In this document: positions 26,605 through 40,997 of the stretch, in pieces
Position numbering within the stretch: position 1 is the stretch's first letter
Layout of the letters: each line of letters starts with the position of its first letter
Assembly (NCBI GenBank): GCA_951406725.2
Contig: OX597825.1
Location: 41,912,001 to 41,976,000, forward strand
DNA length: 64,000 nucleotides
Source: Octopus vulgaris
Lineage: Eukaryota
Direction of reading: 5' to 3'
Program-made: the position numbers and the translations under genes
The notes under the pieces: model-generated
Told to the model about the DNA's origin: nothing
What the model saw: the letters and a program-made list of their open reading frames with translations, nothing else
Databases searched by the model: none

Positions 26605-28224
26605 GCAGGATGATTTTGAATACAAGAAATACTATATAATGCAGATTTGAAAGATTGTTTACTTGGGGGCAGAAAATTTATCAGTTGAGAAAAATGTTGA
26701 AAATAGACCACAGCAGGTCATTGGAAATTAATAAATTGCCATAAGATTTATTTGAACACCTCTTTACTCATATCTTAACTTTGAATTTTCTTTCCTTTTC
26801 TTTCTAATTTGTGCTGCAACTCTGAGAATATATTCCAGCAAATGAATCAATGTTCATTAAGAACTTCATCTCTCAAAATCAACATTTAGCTGAATATTTG
26901 CAAAGTATTTTGATCAAAATTAATGATTTAAATTACTGGCAAAACTGTCCAGTATTTCTGATTCTTAATTAATCAAGTGCCAAATGTGGCCTCAAAAGTG
27001 AATTGTTCCATCTCTTGGAACACTTATAAATTGGTTTCAATCCAGCAAGTAATTTAACTCTTTCGGTAAATAATTCTTAACCTGGCATTCATCTACTTCA
27101 CTAAGAAAAAAAAAAAAAAATTAAATTATTTTTGGTCAACTTTCAAATTAGGAATAACTATTATATCTGTAAATCTATAAATGGTAAAAATGGTGAAGCA
27201 GTTAAATTATTCGACTAAATACCGAAGTTATTGTTTAACCCTGGCTTGTACTGATCAAAAAAACTTATGATCCCAGTCATTCTATGTGTGAACATTCTGT
27301 CATTTTCATATATCACCTACTGAATTATCCAATGTATCTTTAAACTCTAAGGTGTGTTGGAGGATAATTTTGCAGCTATTTCTGACCAGCTATGTATCTG
27401 TGAACTGGGATAAGTTTCAGAGCAAGATATTAAATTCTACTTGCATCCATTTAAGTAGCAAGAGAAATTTACCTGCTGTAAATTTATTCTATTAACCATA
27501 GCAATACCCAAATTCTATGAAAACTTCTAACTTTTCAAATGAAAATTTTAGCATGCAAAATTACACTGAAATCTAGTACCACACAGTGAAGCTGACTTTC
27601 ATTGAAGTGGAGATCTTCTCCCTATCAGTCCTAAATCATTATCATCATAAGAGGCAGTATTTTAAACTATGCTGTCCTCTGCTAATAAGGTTTGATAGGT
27701 TTATAATATAGCTTATCTTCATTCATCTAGGGTCCATGTTATTTCATCTGTTGCTCTCAGGATGCTAACAGCTGATCTCACCCACTTTTCAGTTTTTTTA
27801 AATTTTTATTATTATTATTATCTTCTCTTATTATCTTCACAGAATATATTAATTTTTCAGAGAGCATTCAGTGTCCATTCGCATCATTTCTTTATACCAG
27901 TGTAATAATCACTCCTACAAATTTTGGCTGATGATTGTAGTGCTTAGTCATCTTAGAGATCAGAAATCATAAGATTTTTACCTCATTAAATATTACTTTT
28001 GATCAATAGCTCTTATCAGATTCATCTGAGAAAACATACAAGAGGTTACATAATCAGAGAAGCATAGAAGGTGTAGTCATTGTCTTTATTGTTTTCTGGA
28101 ATAGTTCCTTAATATTTATAACTTAAATAAGTGATCCCATCCTAAAAGACAATTTTAAATGACAAATTTTGCTGTAGTATTAATCGGGTTCAATAACAAT
28201 GCTGAAGTGCCTTTGCTGGTTACT

Positions 28225-28385
28225 CTTTTTCTTGTTTCAGTCATTTGACTGTGGCCATGCTGGAGCACTGCCTTTAGTTAAGCAAATCGACCCCAGGACT
28301 TATTCTTTGTAAGCCTAGTACTTATTCTATCGCTCTCTTTTGCCAAACCGCTAAGTTACAGGGATGTAAACACACTAACATCAGC
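28225..28385 (-). mobile_element. SINE family B 3' fragment
   Basis: Matches 22365-22520. Confidence 0.85.
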
Positions 28386-29519
28386 TACTAAATATTTTAT
28401 GCAAATTGGAATTAACTTTTAAGAGAGAGCATTAAGAATCATAGTAATTATACATGAAGCCATCTCTTTTTTCTGTTAAGTCATCATTTCTCCTCTCTGC
28501 CAAAGGCATTCTAATTACAAGGATACTTTTATATCACATCCGTTTAGTACTTTAAAGATTATATGTACAAATGTGACTCTATTTTATACATGCTTAATAC
28601 ACTCTCTTTTAAACTCAGCTTGAAATGCTTCTCCTTTTCTTTATTTTTACACACACACTCGCACATGCACACACACAGACACATTGCGCACTCACACACA
28701 CATACCCACACATTCACAGAATATTTAAATGCAAAAAGAAAACATTCGGAAGTATTGTTGGAAAATATTGTGTCTGAAATTACCAGAAGTTATTAAAAAG
28801 AGTAACATGAGAGTTATAAGCAATATTTCCAAGAAAAATAGATTAAATATTTTTAAAAATCCATTTAGAAAATTTTAAAAATGTAAATATTTAGTAATTT
28901 TATTAAAGTGACATTTAAGAAATAAGACATTTTCTGACATTGCATAAATCTATAAGATTACTTCAGAATTTTATAAATTGCTTTCTTATTTTTTCTTCCA
29001 AAAATCAGATTAAACTTTAATAATCTTTCTGTTTATTGATGTACAAATTGCAAATTAAGCACAGAACATCTTATTGTACAAATCCCTCTTGCTAATTTTT
29101 AAAGAAACTTCAATTTTTTAATCAGCCAATAGCATATTAAATATTACTGGCAGCAAAGATCCCAAATGGAATATTTTTATTTGCCATGACAAAGAATTAG
29201 TAAAAGGTGGTTGATATCTTTAAACACGCGAAATTTAAGGCTATTAGTTGAAACTACTTACTAATATCTCACAAGTTCAAATTCTACCACAGTTATCAAG
29301 ATGAAAATAAGAACCATTCCCATTTCTTACTCAAGTGGCATATAAAAAATATTATGTGACTGAGCCAATGAAGGGCCATTTATTTTGCAAAAATTAGCAA
29401 CCAAATGGCCAGCAAATGATACCATATTATCTTGAAAAGAAGGACATATTAGATAACAATGACTCTAGAATTGCATGAAAAAACAAGAGCATCCAATTAT
29501 AAATTTTTCCACTCAACAT

Positions 29520-29750
29520 ATTCTTTTATTCTTTCACTTCTTTCAGTCATTTGACTGTAGCCATGCTGGAGTACCACCTTGAGGGGTTTTAGTCAAACAA
29601 ATTGACCCCAGGACTTATTTTTAAAACCTAGTACTTACTTTATCAGTCTCTTTTGCTGAACCACTAAGTTACAAGGATGTAAACAAACCAACACTGGTTG
29701 TCAAGCAGTGATAGGGGAACAAACACAGAAACAAATACATACACACGTTG
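29520..29750 (-). mobile_element. SINE family B 3' half
   Basis: Matches 22365-22570. Confidence 0.8.
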
Positions 29751-29796
<46 letters not shown>

Positions 29797-29812
29797 ATAC
29801 ATATACATATTA

Positions 29813-31082
29813 CCACATATACTGGTGTATAATACGAATGGGTGTACGAGATGACACCCCAGGATTTCTATTTAAAAAGTGGGTTTGCTGTATGAGACTA
29901 ATCCAGTTCTCTTCAAAAAGTGGCTAAATATTGTAAATTACCTACAATAATACACATCAAACATACCTGGCTGGTGTAAATACTACCATAGTGAAGTCAC
30001 TTGAGCATCGGTTATTTTACAAGAACTAATATGGTATCAAGTATATCATAATAACATCCTTTACTTGAAATGTATTTACAGATTTACTTACTGTATGTGT
30101 AATAGTATATTGTAATATACTAGAAATGTTATAAAATACACTACAAGTATTTTCTTTAAATTGTAAATTTTATTTTGCTTTACAAAACTGTTGGTCTTGA
30201 AACAGCATATCCCTTTTGATGCTGCTCACAGACCATGTCTGCTACATGCTTGTCTAGAATCGGCCAGGGTGCAGTGCCACCTCTCACTGCACATTTTGTC
30301 CTAAGTATACTCCTTGATAAGTTTTCCTTTAATCTCCAAACTCTTGCCATCTTCTTGGTTACACTGTATTCTCTCACAGCAGCACAGTTGTGTGACTTGG
30401 TGTATGCTACCACTTTCAGCTTAAAACCAGCTTAATATTTCTTTTGTTTATCACTTGGAGCCATGATGGGGTTTTGCAGTTACTGAAAATTAATGTTCAC
30501 CCAGTGAGAGTACTGGTGCTTATGAGAGATTGACAACTTGAGCCTTTTCAAGAAATCCTGTCTGTAAATGTTTAAAAGTTAGCAGTAACAGTGATTGGTC
30601 TGACTGACAATAACTGGCCCATTACAGAAGGTACTGGTACATGCTGCTAATCTGCAGTAACAGGTAAGTTAGTTACTGTAAACTACACTTGTCTTGAAGC
30701 CCCCACCCCAGCTGGCTGAGCACTGTATGAGAAAGTGCTCTAACAAGACATTGTAAAGATAATGCATTCTGGGTCCGGCTGAACTGGTTGATTGTTTATA
30801 TTTTCTGTTCGTCTATCTACTAAGTTTGCAGTACTGTTATTTTAATATAATCCTACTATTAATCCAGCTTCTCAAACATAAATGTAAGTATCAGTAGGAA
30901 ATACTATGCTGTAGAACCATAAGATCTATGTGAGTGCTTTACACTGTTCTCCATTGACATTGGTGCTACTCTAAACCACAGGAAGTTATGGTTCAGATTT
31001 TATAGAGTATATAAAACGACTCCTAGTTGTAGGGTTAATTATTTTAAAGTTCAAATTCCATCCTGTATGCCTGTTTATATGG
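29813..31082 (-). mobile_element. pogo/Tc2-like DNA transposon, internally deleted
   Basis: TA-flanked degenerate TIRs (CCACATATACTGGTGTATAA / CCATATAAACAGGCATACAG). The peptide at 30180-30464 (Y*AGFKLKVVAY...AAVREYSV...VWR...WPILDKHVADMV...GYAVSR) has Brinker-type and CENP-B-type HTH features. No DDE domain was seen. Confidence 0.75.
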
Positions 31083-31086
31083 TATG

Positions 31087-31140
<54 letters not shown>

Positions 31141-31142
<2 letters not shown>

Positions 31143-31848
31143 AATTTATAAATAAGGATAATATCGATATTTAAATATCAATATTATCAAGTGGCCAGCA
31201 TGGGAATAAATACCATATAAAGGTAATAATTTTTTACAACTATAAATAAGGGTATCTGAGAGACACCACCATGCCGAAATAGCAGTCAAATCCCTGACTC
31301 TAAAAACCACCTAAAATGTTCATATCACACCACGAGATAAGACAGAGGGACAAAATAAACTAGCAAAAAGATATTACTGAATAATTCAAGATCCTGGATT
31401 TCTAGCTTTGCTTCAAATAAGCTCTGCTTTCATCAGTTGAATATACCAGATGGGCACATAAATACAAATACATATATATACAGAACACACATTATACTTA
31501 CATATACGAACGTCCATACATACAAGTATATGCATGTATGTACAAGGCCAGATTCAAATTGCCCGCCAACTACCTCGTAAGCGCGATATGGTCAAAATAA
31601 ACACCCCAGTGAATATAGTGACGAATTATATAAATTTATAAATAAGGATAATATCGATATTTAAAGATCAGGCAATTTGAATCTGGCAATAAATATCGGG
31701 CAATTTGAATTGGCATGCAATTTGAATCTTTTTGCTAGTTTATTTTGTCTCTCTGTCTTATCTCGTGGTGCGATATGAACATTTTAGGTGGGTTTTAGAG
31801 TCAGGGATTTGACTGCTATTTCGGCATCTCAGATACCCTTATTTATAG

Positions 31849-31850
<2 letters not shown>
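31141..31850. mobile_element. Complex fold-back element (inverted plus direct repeats) with a hammerhead
   Basis: Inverted arms at 31238-31372 and 31726-31850. Direct repeat at 31141-31175 and 31631-31665. Flanked by (TG)n and (TA)n. Confidence 0.8.
31384..31442 (-). ncRNA. Type-I hammerhead ribozyme candidate
   Basis: The minus strand reads attcaa-CTGATGA-a-agc(aga)gctt(atttg)aagc(aaa)gct-a-GAAA-tccagga-TC-ttgaat. It has a 6-bp stem I, an intact core and a near-palindromic stem III. Confidence 0.65.
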
Positions 31851-31941
<91 letters not shown>

Positions 31942-31944
31942 TGC

Positions 31945-32105
31945 ACAACAGGCTTCTTTCAGTTTCCATCTAACAAATCCACTCACAAGGCTTTGAGGCT
32001 TTGGTCAGACTGAGGCTATAGTAGAAGACACTTGTCCAAAGTGCTAGGCAATGGGACTGAATCCAGAACCTTGTGATTGGGAAGCAAGCTTCTTACCACA
32101 CAGCT
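31945..32105 (-). mobile_element. SINE family B 5' half
   Basis: Matches 22598-22748. Confidence 0.8.
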
Positions 32106-35100
32106 GACTTCTATAGAATGACTTTACTTGGTGTTTACACATTAAATCCCATTCTACAGAAAACCTACCTCTCAATGTATAAATCAACACCACTGAAGTT
32201 AACCACAATCTATCAATGTATAAAGCTGCAACCTCGTAAAAGTGGCATGTGCTTTCTTAGCTTTCATTTATGATATGTAATTAATGTGGATGGGAGAAAA
32301 TGAAGCTGTCTTTAAGAAAAATAGAGTTAAGTATTAAGCCAGTAGCTTTAAACTGTAAAACATGAAACATTGTAGAAACTAATGACAGCTGAAATGATAT
32401 TGTCAAGTCAAAGAGTCAGTAATCATTTGGAAAATGGAAAATGCATTAAAAACAATATATAAACAAGACATGATTACAAGACTTTTGTATATAATAAACT
32501 GAAATGTCTACTTTTGCAATGTTTCAGTTCAGATCAATAGATAATAATGGTTTTATAAGTCTGTAAAACACAATGTCCAACTATTCTTCTAGATAAACTA
32601 TACTTTGAATTGAGTGTAGCTCTTTTCATTTAGCTGGACAGTATAGTTAATAGAAATCTCTCAGTATATTCATCATCTCAACTTTAACACCACCCTATAA
32701 ATGGATGATAAAACCTAAAATAATGCAAACCAGAAAATTCAACTTTCTGCTACATTAGTAGTATTTTATAATAATGGTAATTAAAAGTAATATAATATTT
32801 TTAATTAAGTCTTTCAGCAATAAAATGAATAGGCTATTAATGAACCTGATTGGATACGAATAATCTGCTTAGGACTAATGCAATTGCCAAGGTTTAACTT
32901 TATGACATTTGGGTTTAATGGTCCCAAACTTTAACGCCTTTATGTACCTATTTTGAAACAATTTAATTTCTAATAAGATGAACATTGATATCAGTTAAAT
33001 GTATAGTTCTATTAATTGACTTAACTTTAAATGGGTCATTGAATGTTTCCACATAATCTCTTGATCTTCACAAATATAATTGCCAAATCTCAGCCATCTT
33101 TAAAACTGGAGTAAATTGTGAAATCCCAGGAAACTGGTGATGGCCTGCTTCAATGACATTTAGTCAGTGGGGGAGAGTTCATAGAAGAGTTTGATAAGTT
33201 TAATTGCTGTCATGATGAGTGTAGAATCTAATATTTCAAACCCTATTCTTCATCTGAAAGCGAAGAAATTAAATGGGAACTTTAAAATAGGGAAAATATT
33301 TTAGTACTGAATTTTGGGACAGCATACAATAAAAACTGATTGACCATGAATAAAAATGTTGGTTGAATGCAGCAGTTAATCACCTGTGTCTATTCAATAA
33401 GTTTGATAAGACCGGAGCTGACAACTATAATGACAATCATGACAGCAGCTACAATAACAACAACAATGACAACAGCTAATTTCAAGTACACTTGGCACAT
33501 TAGGACAGTTTAAACCTACTTGTTTGAAGATCTTGAAGAATCATGCTAAAATATAAATTGACATCATGAAAGTTCACATTACCAGCAATACCAATAATGT
33601 CTGTAAGTAATCAACAGTTGGGTCCCAATCCTGGTGGCACAATATGCTAGAAAAGGCATCAGCAGCTTCCTTAAATCAGGCTTTAAGTTCTTAGAAAGGC
33701 AAGGAAACATTGGGTAATGTACTTCTAGATAAATTATGTCAAACAAAAAAAATGGAGAAACGATGGCTGGTATGTCTTTGTTCTGCTCCATCATGGCTGA
33801 CATGAGGCTAAATAACAACAATGGGGAAAACTAACATCATGAGATTTAGAAGGGAGATCAAGAATAAGTAAATAGAAAATTGTTTGTTGATGGCGAACTT
33901 GGAATTAAGTTTCTTCTTCAAGAGGAAACAGTATAATTTCATTAATTACTATTTATTCATCAGCATCAAAACTATTTCACCAAGGACAACTGATACCTAT
34001 ATTAGGAATAAAACCTTCTCTGGATTTGATAAGATTATTCTGATTATCTCAGAATGTTTATTAGTTCTAAAGGAATGAGAGGTTAATGTGGAAAGAAAGC
34101 ATGAGACAGTATACTACACTGTATTTAACCGAATCCTACCCCGAGTGTTCTTTTGCAAATTTCATTAAACAGAAACTATACTAAACTCCAGAAATATAAC
34201 CAACACCCTTTCCCATCTCAGAGCTTGAAATACAGGAATAAACAGGTATAAATAAACATGTAAATACATAAATAAGTAATTATAAATATATAAATTTATA
34301 ACAAAATTTAGCAAATTATAAAATAAAACATTTTTCTTTTCTGTTTATATTTGTTTATCATCTATTGCTATTGAATTGGTATTTCATTTCACCTTTCTCA
34401 TATTTTCGATGGACATTTCTTTAGAATAATTTAATCCAATATTATTATCATGGGATTATACAAGTAATTGTATTTTTCTTTTGCTTTTTTATTATTTTTT
34501 TAGTTTCTATTTGAAATTGTGTTTCCTAGGTTATATTCTGCAATAATTGCTGAACACAAAAAAATATAATGAAATACAAAAATTTATTTTACCAAATGCA
34601 ATAGAAAGAATGTTCTCACATCTTTGATAATTCTGAATAAAGCTAAATAGATAGAAGAGAAGGTGGGGACCAAGCATTCATGCATCTCCTTTGAGAAGGC
34701 AATAAGTAGTCAATTGAAGTGATAAAAAAATTGACTCCAACCAGTAGTTAATAGCTAAAAACAATTTGTATCGTTAATGTGTGAAAACAAAACTCCTGAT
34801 GGCTTTTCAAGAAATATTTAACCTTCATGGGCTAAGTCACGATGGCTGTCAATAACTTCCAAAATGTTCAATAGAAGCAATGGCGATCAATGTTGACCTT
34901 TCAAATAAATTCTAATAAAGACAACAAACTGATCGAAAGGCAATATTCAAAGTGGCTGTGGGAGAACATGTTGACTAATGATCAACTGAAAATAAAAATA
35001 CAAGAGCAATGAATTCATTATTTTCTGAATAAGGGTTTAAACAGTCTGTAAAGAGACTAAATTGAAGATAGGGTAATGTACTGGAGTATGAGCGCATGAG

Positions 35101-35699
35101 ATACATGTTCAAATCTATTACATGTATGTTCTTGTTTCCAGTCATAATTTTTATTACTTTTGTTTCAATATTTGCATAAATTGAAATGCTTTCAATTTGC
35201 AGTTTTTTATCAACTGTTGCACTCAGTAGCAAGGAAAAGCATTTTAATTGACAATGTGAGAAATTGGTAGTGAAATTTCTTGGACAGGGTATTATTTTTT
35301 TCAAAAGAACAAAACTTCAGATGAAAAGTGGATATATAAATTTGTGTAAATTCAGATTTAAAAAGACAACAAAACAATATATGTGGAAAGGTTCAAATGC
35401 AAAACATAGAACCAGTTTAAAACTTTGTTTACTTAAAAACTTACTACTACACAATATATTTTGAGAAAAGAACTGAAAAATAAATTAAATCAAAATTTTG
35501 TTTTTCTTTTTAATTATGGATTTCTTTTTTTGCATAATTTCTGATAATTTCAACAGTCATAGTTTATCCCAAGTGAAATTCTAGAGACAAGAAATGATGT
35601 CACATCATGTAATTTGCAGAGTTATTTCTTTATGGCATTCTTCCATAAAACAGAGTTGATTATTAAATATTATATTGTTGCCTCTCCATTTCTTTGTTA

Positions 35700-36100
35700 T
35701 GGTATGGCTTGGTGGTAAGAAGCTTGCATTCCAACTACATGGTACAAGGTTCAGTCCCACTGTATGATACTTTAGGCAAGTGTCATCTACTATAGCTACA
35801 AAGTGACCAAAGTTTTGTGGGCAGAAACTGAAAGAAGTTCATCATGTGAATATGTGTGTGTGTATGTGTGTGTGTGTATGCATATGTGTGTGTGTCTTTG
35901 AGTTTGATTCACACTGCAATTTAACAACCAGCACTGATTTGTTTGTGTCAACGTAAATTAAAGATTTTGTTAACAGGATACGATAAAATAAGTACAAGGT
36001 TGAAACAATAAGTACTTGGGTCAACTTGTTTTACTAAAACTTTCAAGGTAGTGTCCCATCGTGACCACAGCTGAATGACTGAAATAAGTAAAAGATAAAA
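35700..36100 (+). mobile_element. SINE family B, degenerate full-length
   Basis: Head (ggtggtaagaagcttgc...ggttcagtcccac), internal (TG)n and tail (gaatgactgaaataagtaaaaga). Confidence 0.75.
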
Positions 36101-36905
36101 GAATTCGACAAGATGCTTCAACAAAATAGATGCCACTCAGCTTCTTGATTCTATATCAATTCTTTTACAAGCTCAAGTCTTCTGAGATCTACCACTTCAG
36201 TTAATCACTTCTTATCAGGCCATACTCAGTTTCTTTACATCACCTACACAGTACATTTTCCTCTGCATAAACTATTCATTCATATTACATGACCATACCA
36301 ATAAAGTCATATCACTTCTAGTACACCAGTATTTGCTATCCTCTTACTTAATTACTTTGCATTCCATATTTCCATCAGTTACACATTAATGGGATTAAAC
36401 CATCTCATTCCAGTCAAATTCATTCAGGCTGCATTACACTTCTCATATATACCTTAGGTAGCATGCTTTTGATAAGCATCTTTATACTACCCAACTCCCT
36501 TAAAAATCCAAGTATGATGTTAACATCAGCTTCCCACTTAGGGTTAATAATCTAACATGTTATGATTGTAAACAGAACTTAAACTAATTCACTAATTTAT
36601 CTTCTGTGAAATAAAGCAAAATGAAAGAGATGGATATTGAATTGTAATGCAAACAACCATAAAGGCAAAGACTAATTTCTGTGTCAGTGTGTCACACTTT
36701 GACCCCCTCTCTCACTATTCAATGACATTTCCTCATGCTTGAGTGAGAGTAATTGTAGGCATAGAGATGGTGAGGGTGGTGGGAAAGACAGAGAGAAAGA
36801 GAAAGAAAGAAATGGAGAGGGAGAGAAAAAGAGACAAAGAAATTTAGGAAGAGTTGATGATGTTTTATTAAAATCAGTAGTGCTGATGGTGACGACGAGA
36901 GTAAT

Positions 36906-36948
<43 letters not shown>

Positions 36949-37479
36949 ATGTGAGAGAAAAAGGAAGATGATGTACAACTTTCTTGGACAGAAATTCTTG
37001 TGGCCAGTATACTGAACCAGCTGACCACTATCATTTTTATTTTATTTTCTGCTTTCTTTAATACATACATACATACATACATGTGTGTGTGTGTGTGCAT
37101 ATATACACATACACTCACACACATGCGCACACACTCATGCACACACACACACACATAAAATACACCGTGACTGAAATACAGTTTCCACAAAATTAAACAT
37201 CTAATATAATAAATGCATAAACTAATTTCTGTGTGTCAGCGTGTCACTCTTAGACTCCGTCTCTCACTATTCAATGACACTCCTACTATTCCTCATGATG
37301 GGATGAGAGTAATAGTAGGTATAGAGACGGTGAGGGCAGTGGTAAAGACAGAGAGAGAGAGAGAGAAAGAAAAAGAGAAGGAGAGAAAGAGAAGGAGAAA
37401 GAAAGAGGTTAGATAGAAAAAAAATTCTTTTCTTTACCCACCTATTTTTAGTTTCATTCATTTTCAATTTCTTGTATAG

Positions 37480-40130
37480 TGCTTTATATTTGCAATCTTT
37501 CATCCTACACAAGCCTGATCTTCCTACTTCTAATAATAGCCGGTCTGTGGCATTTTTTACATACCCTGCTATGTTGTTTTCTTCTGCTCTAATGCTGTGT
37601 TCACATCCAATAAGTCCTCTTCCCCCTCTTTTTCTTGTACATACAGTCTGTCTGTGTCACTTTTTGAGTGGAGTGATCCATATCTAGTTAGCAACTTCCT
37701 TGTCTTTCTGTCTAAGCTGTTTAGTTCGTCTACTGCCCAGGTGATTACCCCTGCTCCATATCTAAGGTGTGAAACCACCCAGGTGTTGATAGATTCAATC
37801 TTATTCTGTCTGTTTAATTTCACCTTAAGGATCAGTCTCAGTCTGCACAAGTATTCCACCTTAAATTTTTCTATAATTTCTTTCTCCATCAATTTATCTA
37901 TTCCCCAAATCCCCATCTCTACTATTTGCTTCATAACCTTCCCCAACGGTATCATTAGCCCATCCATACATTTGATTTTGACTCTCTTCAAGACTAACAC
38001 ACCACACTTTCTCAGACCAAACTCCATTCTGATATCAGCACTGAAGGTATACACCATATCAACGAGGAAACTGACTTTAGCTTCATCTTTATCATAAAGT
38101 TCGAGATCATCCGTGAATAGCAAATGGTTGACTTTTTGTTTGTGGCTTTTGAATACATACCCAGTTTTTGATTTCCTCAGAATCAGTGTTAGTGGTATCA
38201 AGTACAACACAAAGATCAGTAGGGACAGGCAGTCTCCTTGGAAGATGCCCCTCCTAATTTCTACTGTCCCTAAACTTCTTCCATATCCTCCAATTCGTTA
38301 TACTTTTCCCAAGCAATAACTCAACATTTGATGCAATATCACTCCATAATTTAAGAATGTGGGATCATATTGTATGCTTTATGGTAGTCAATCCATGACA
38401 TGGCTAAGTTACTTTTCCTCCTGTTGCAGTCTCTAAGTACTGTTTTGTCTATCAGGAGTTGATCCTTGGTACCTCTGCACTTATGCTTGCAACCCTTCTG
38501 CTCATGTGGCAGGACTCTATTATTTTCCAAACATTCTTACATTTACTCTGCACATATTCCAGTCAGTAACTTCCACATCAGTGGCAGACAGGTTATCAGC
38601 CTCTAATTGTCTACTGTATTGACTTTTTTGATGTTTATCAGGCACAGCACTGTCCTACCCAATGTCAACCACTCTGGTGTTACTTGGTTGGCATCTAACA
38701 AGGTGTTGAGTTGCTCAGCTATTCGTGCATGACATTCACCAAAACTTTTGATCCAGTAGCCTTGAACTCCATCTGGTCCTGGGGCTTTCCAGTTGCTCAT
38801 TTTTTTGCTGATTTCCTTTACTTCCCTAACTGAAATGACTGATTCTGCCTGTTTTGGACAGACTACTGTTTGTTTCAGTTCTTGCAACCACTCAGCATCC
38901 TTCTTTTGCTCCTTGTCTTTGCTCCAGATTTCACTCCAAAATCTTTAACTTTCAATGTTATCTGGTATCAACATTTCATCTGTACACTCTCCATTTATTT
39001 CTTTATATCTGATCTACTCTGAATAACCTATTCTGGTGGTAATCCTTCATTCTTTGGTCGTATGCTACCATCTTTGCTTTCTTTGCAACGAAGCACTATT
39101 TCAGTTCCTCCATTACTACTTTCAGGACCTTTGTTTCAATATTATACTTCCTTTTCAGTGCCCTGTATTTCTGTTCGCTTTTAAGCTCCTCTTTCTCTTT
39201 TCGGTCTAATACAGGGATTTCCTTCGAGAGCATATCTAACCCTGCCTGGATTCTTCTTTTCCACTATGGATCTTTTCTTTTGTCACTCCCATTATGTTTC
39301 TTTTTCTTGACATCGACTCCCACATTTTCTACTACAACAATACTTGCTGCCTTGATCAAATTATTTGTTTCTGTAATGTTGTTTGTTCTGATGTATTTCA
39401 GAATTTCATTGACATTTTTAATTTCTTGGTTCAATTTCCATTGATCAACTTTTTTAAGGTTGCAAATAATGTCGCTATCATTTTCCTGTAGTCTTACCTT
39501 TATTCTGTCATAGATTGCTTTTTGTTCATCTGTCATGTTGCCATTAGTTTTATTGTCTTCTTTTAGATCATCTATGTCTCTCATCAAATAAATACCACTG
39601 CTCCTTTCCTGTGCTATGAGATTACTCTTATTAGTAAGAACTGCATTTTCCTACTTATCTATGCTGTTATTATCCATGACCCGTCTTTTGATAGCTTCGA
39701 GTTCTACTTCTGTGAACCAATATTTTTTTCTTATTGCTCTATCCTGATCACATAGTCTCTGTTCTGTGAATTGAAACAATCCCTTTTCTCTCCAATTTGA
39801 GCACCATGTTCATCTACCGGGCTGCTCAGGTAGTAACACTCCATGACCACAGCGTTAATTTGCTTGCTCCATCTACGCCATGCATGGTGGTTACTTTCTG
39901 GATATCAACAGGCTGGAGCCAGACCAGAATCTCTGAGCCTACCAGGTGTAACACTGTCACCATCATTGGCTTCAGCTTCATTACCACCGTTATTCACAAC
40001 ATATTTTTTTCCTTGTCACTCATATGAGGTAACAATTATCAGGTTGCGCAATTACCAGTGTTTTTATTGTGATACCATCACTAGATGTATCATTAATCAT
40101 CCCTTGAGGAGGCTCCACCTGTTTCCTTTC
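37480..40130 (-). mobile_element. R4/Dong-like LINE (5' region plus RT), pseudogenised, 3'-truncated
   Basis: NWKAPGPDGVQGYWIK, GIFQGDCLS, HLLFTDDL, MEFGLRKC, INTWVVSHLRYGAGV and LDRKTRKLL. The 5' end abuts (AAT)n at about 40131. Confidence 0.9.
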
Positions 40131-40953
40131 ATTATTATTATTATTATTATTGTTATTATTATCACCACTGCTATCACTAACATTATTGTTTTTATGTGTA
40201 GTATTAACAGTGGTTGCAGCAACAGCAACGGTAACAGGAGTGGAGTAGGGGTAGTGGTAAGGGTGGCAGTTGGGCCTCATATTTCTGTGCTATCATAATA
40301 GTAGTAGTAGTTGTAGTATTATTGTAGTATTAGTAGTATTCAGCATTAGCAGCTGCAGCATATTATTATTTTTTTATTTTTATCATTGTCACCATCACCA
40401 CCACTACCATTGTTGGAGGAAATAGTTGGGTAACAGTTTGGTGGATAGATCCTATTCTACAGGTCTATTAATAGATTCGACAGATGGTGGGGAGGTCAGC
40501 CATAGAGACAAAAGAATCTTCATACCCTTTGGGTCAGCAGAAATCAAATGTGTTTACTACTACCAGTGGCCACTGAGAGCACTGCCTTGGAAAGAAGCAA
40601 TTCAACCTGTTCTATTTGTAATTACTGGTAGAAAAAACAATAATAATATATATACACACACACACACACATATACACACACGTATACTGATATTCATGTC
40701 GTTGAATTTTTTAATTCCTGAATTCAATTGTGTTGTTGCAATAAAAGGTGTGTTTACGTATTTGGGTAATATATTAAAGTTTTAAAGTTTTCTTGAGATG
40801 TTCGTTTGTCTGTCCTTTGTAGGAGACAGTAGGACTTTTGCAATGAAAAGGATGTTTACATTTTCAAATACTCAGGAAGAGAGAAAAGGATAAGTATTCA
40901 CACAGTAGTGGTAGATATTAAAGTTTTTTTATAAAAGCTGATCGTTTGTTTAC

Positions 40954-40997
<44 letters not shown>

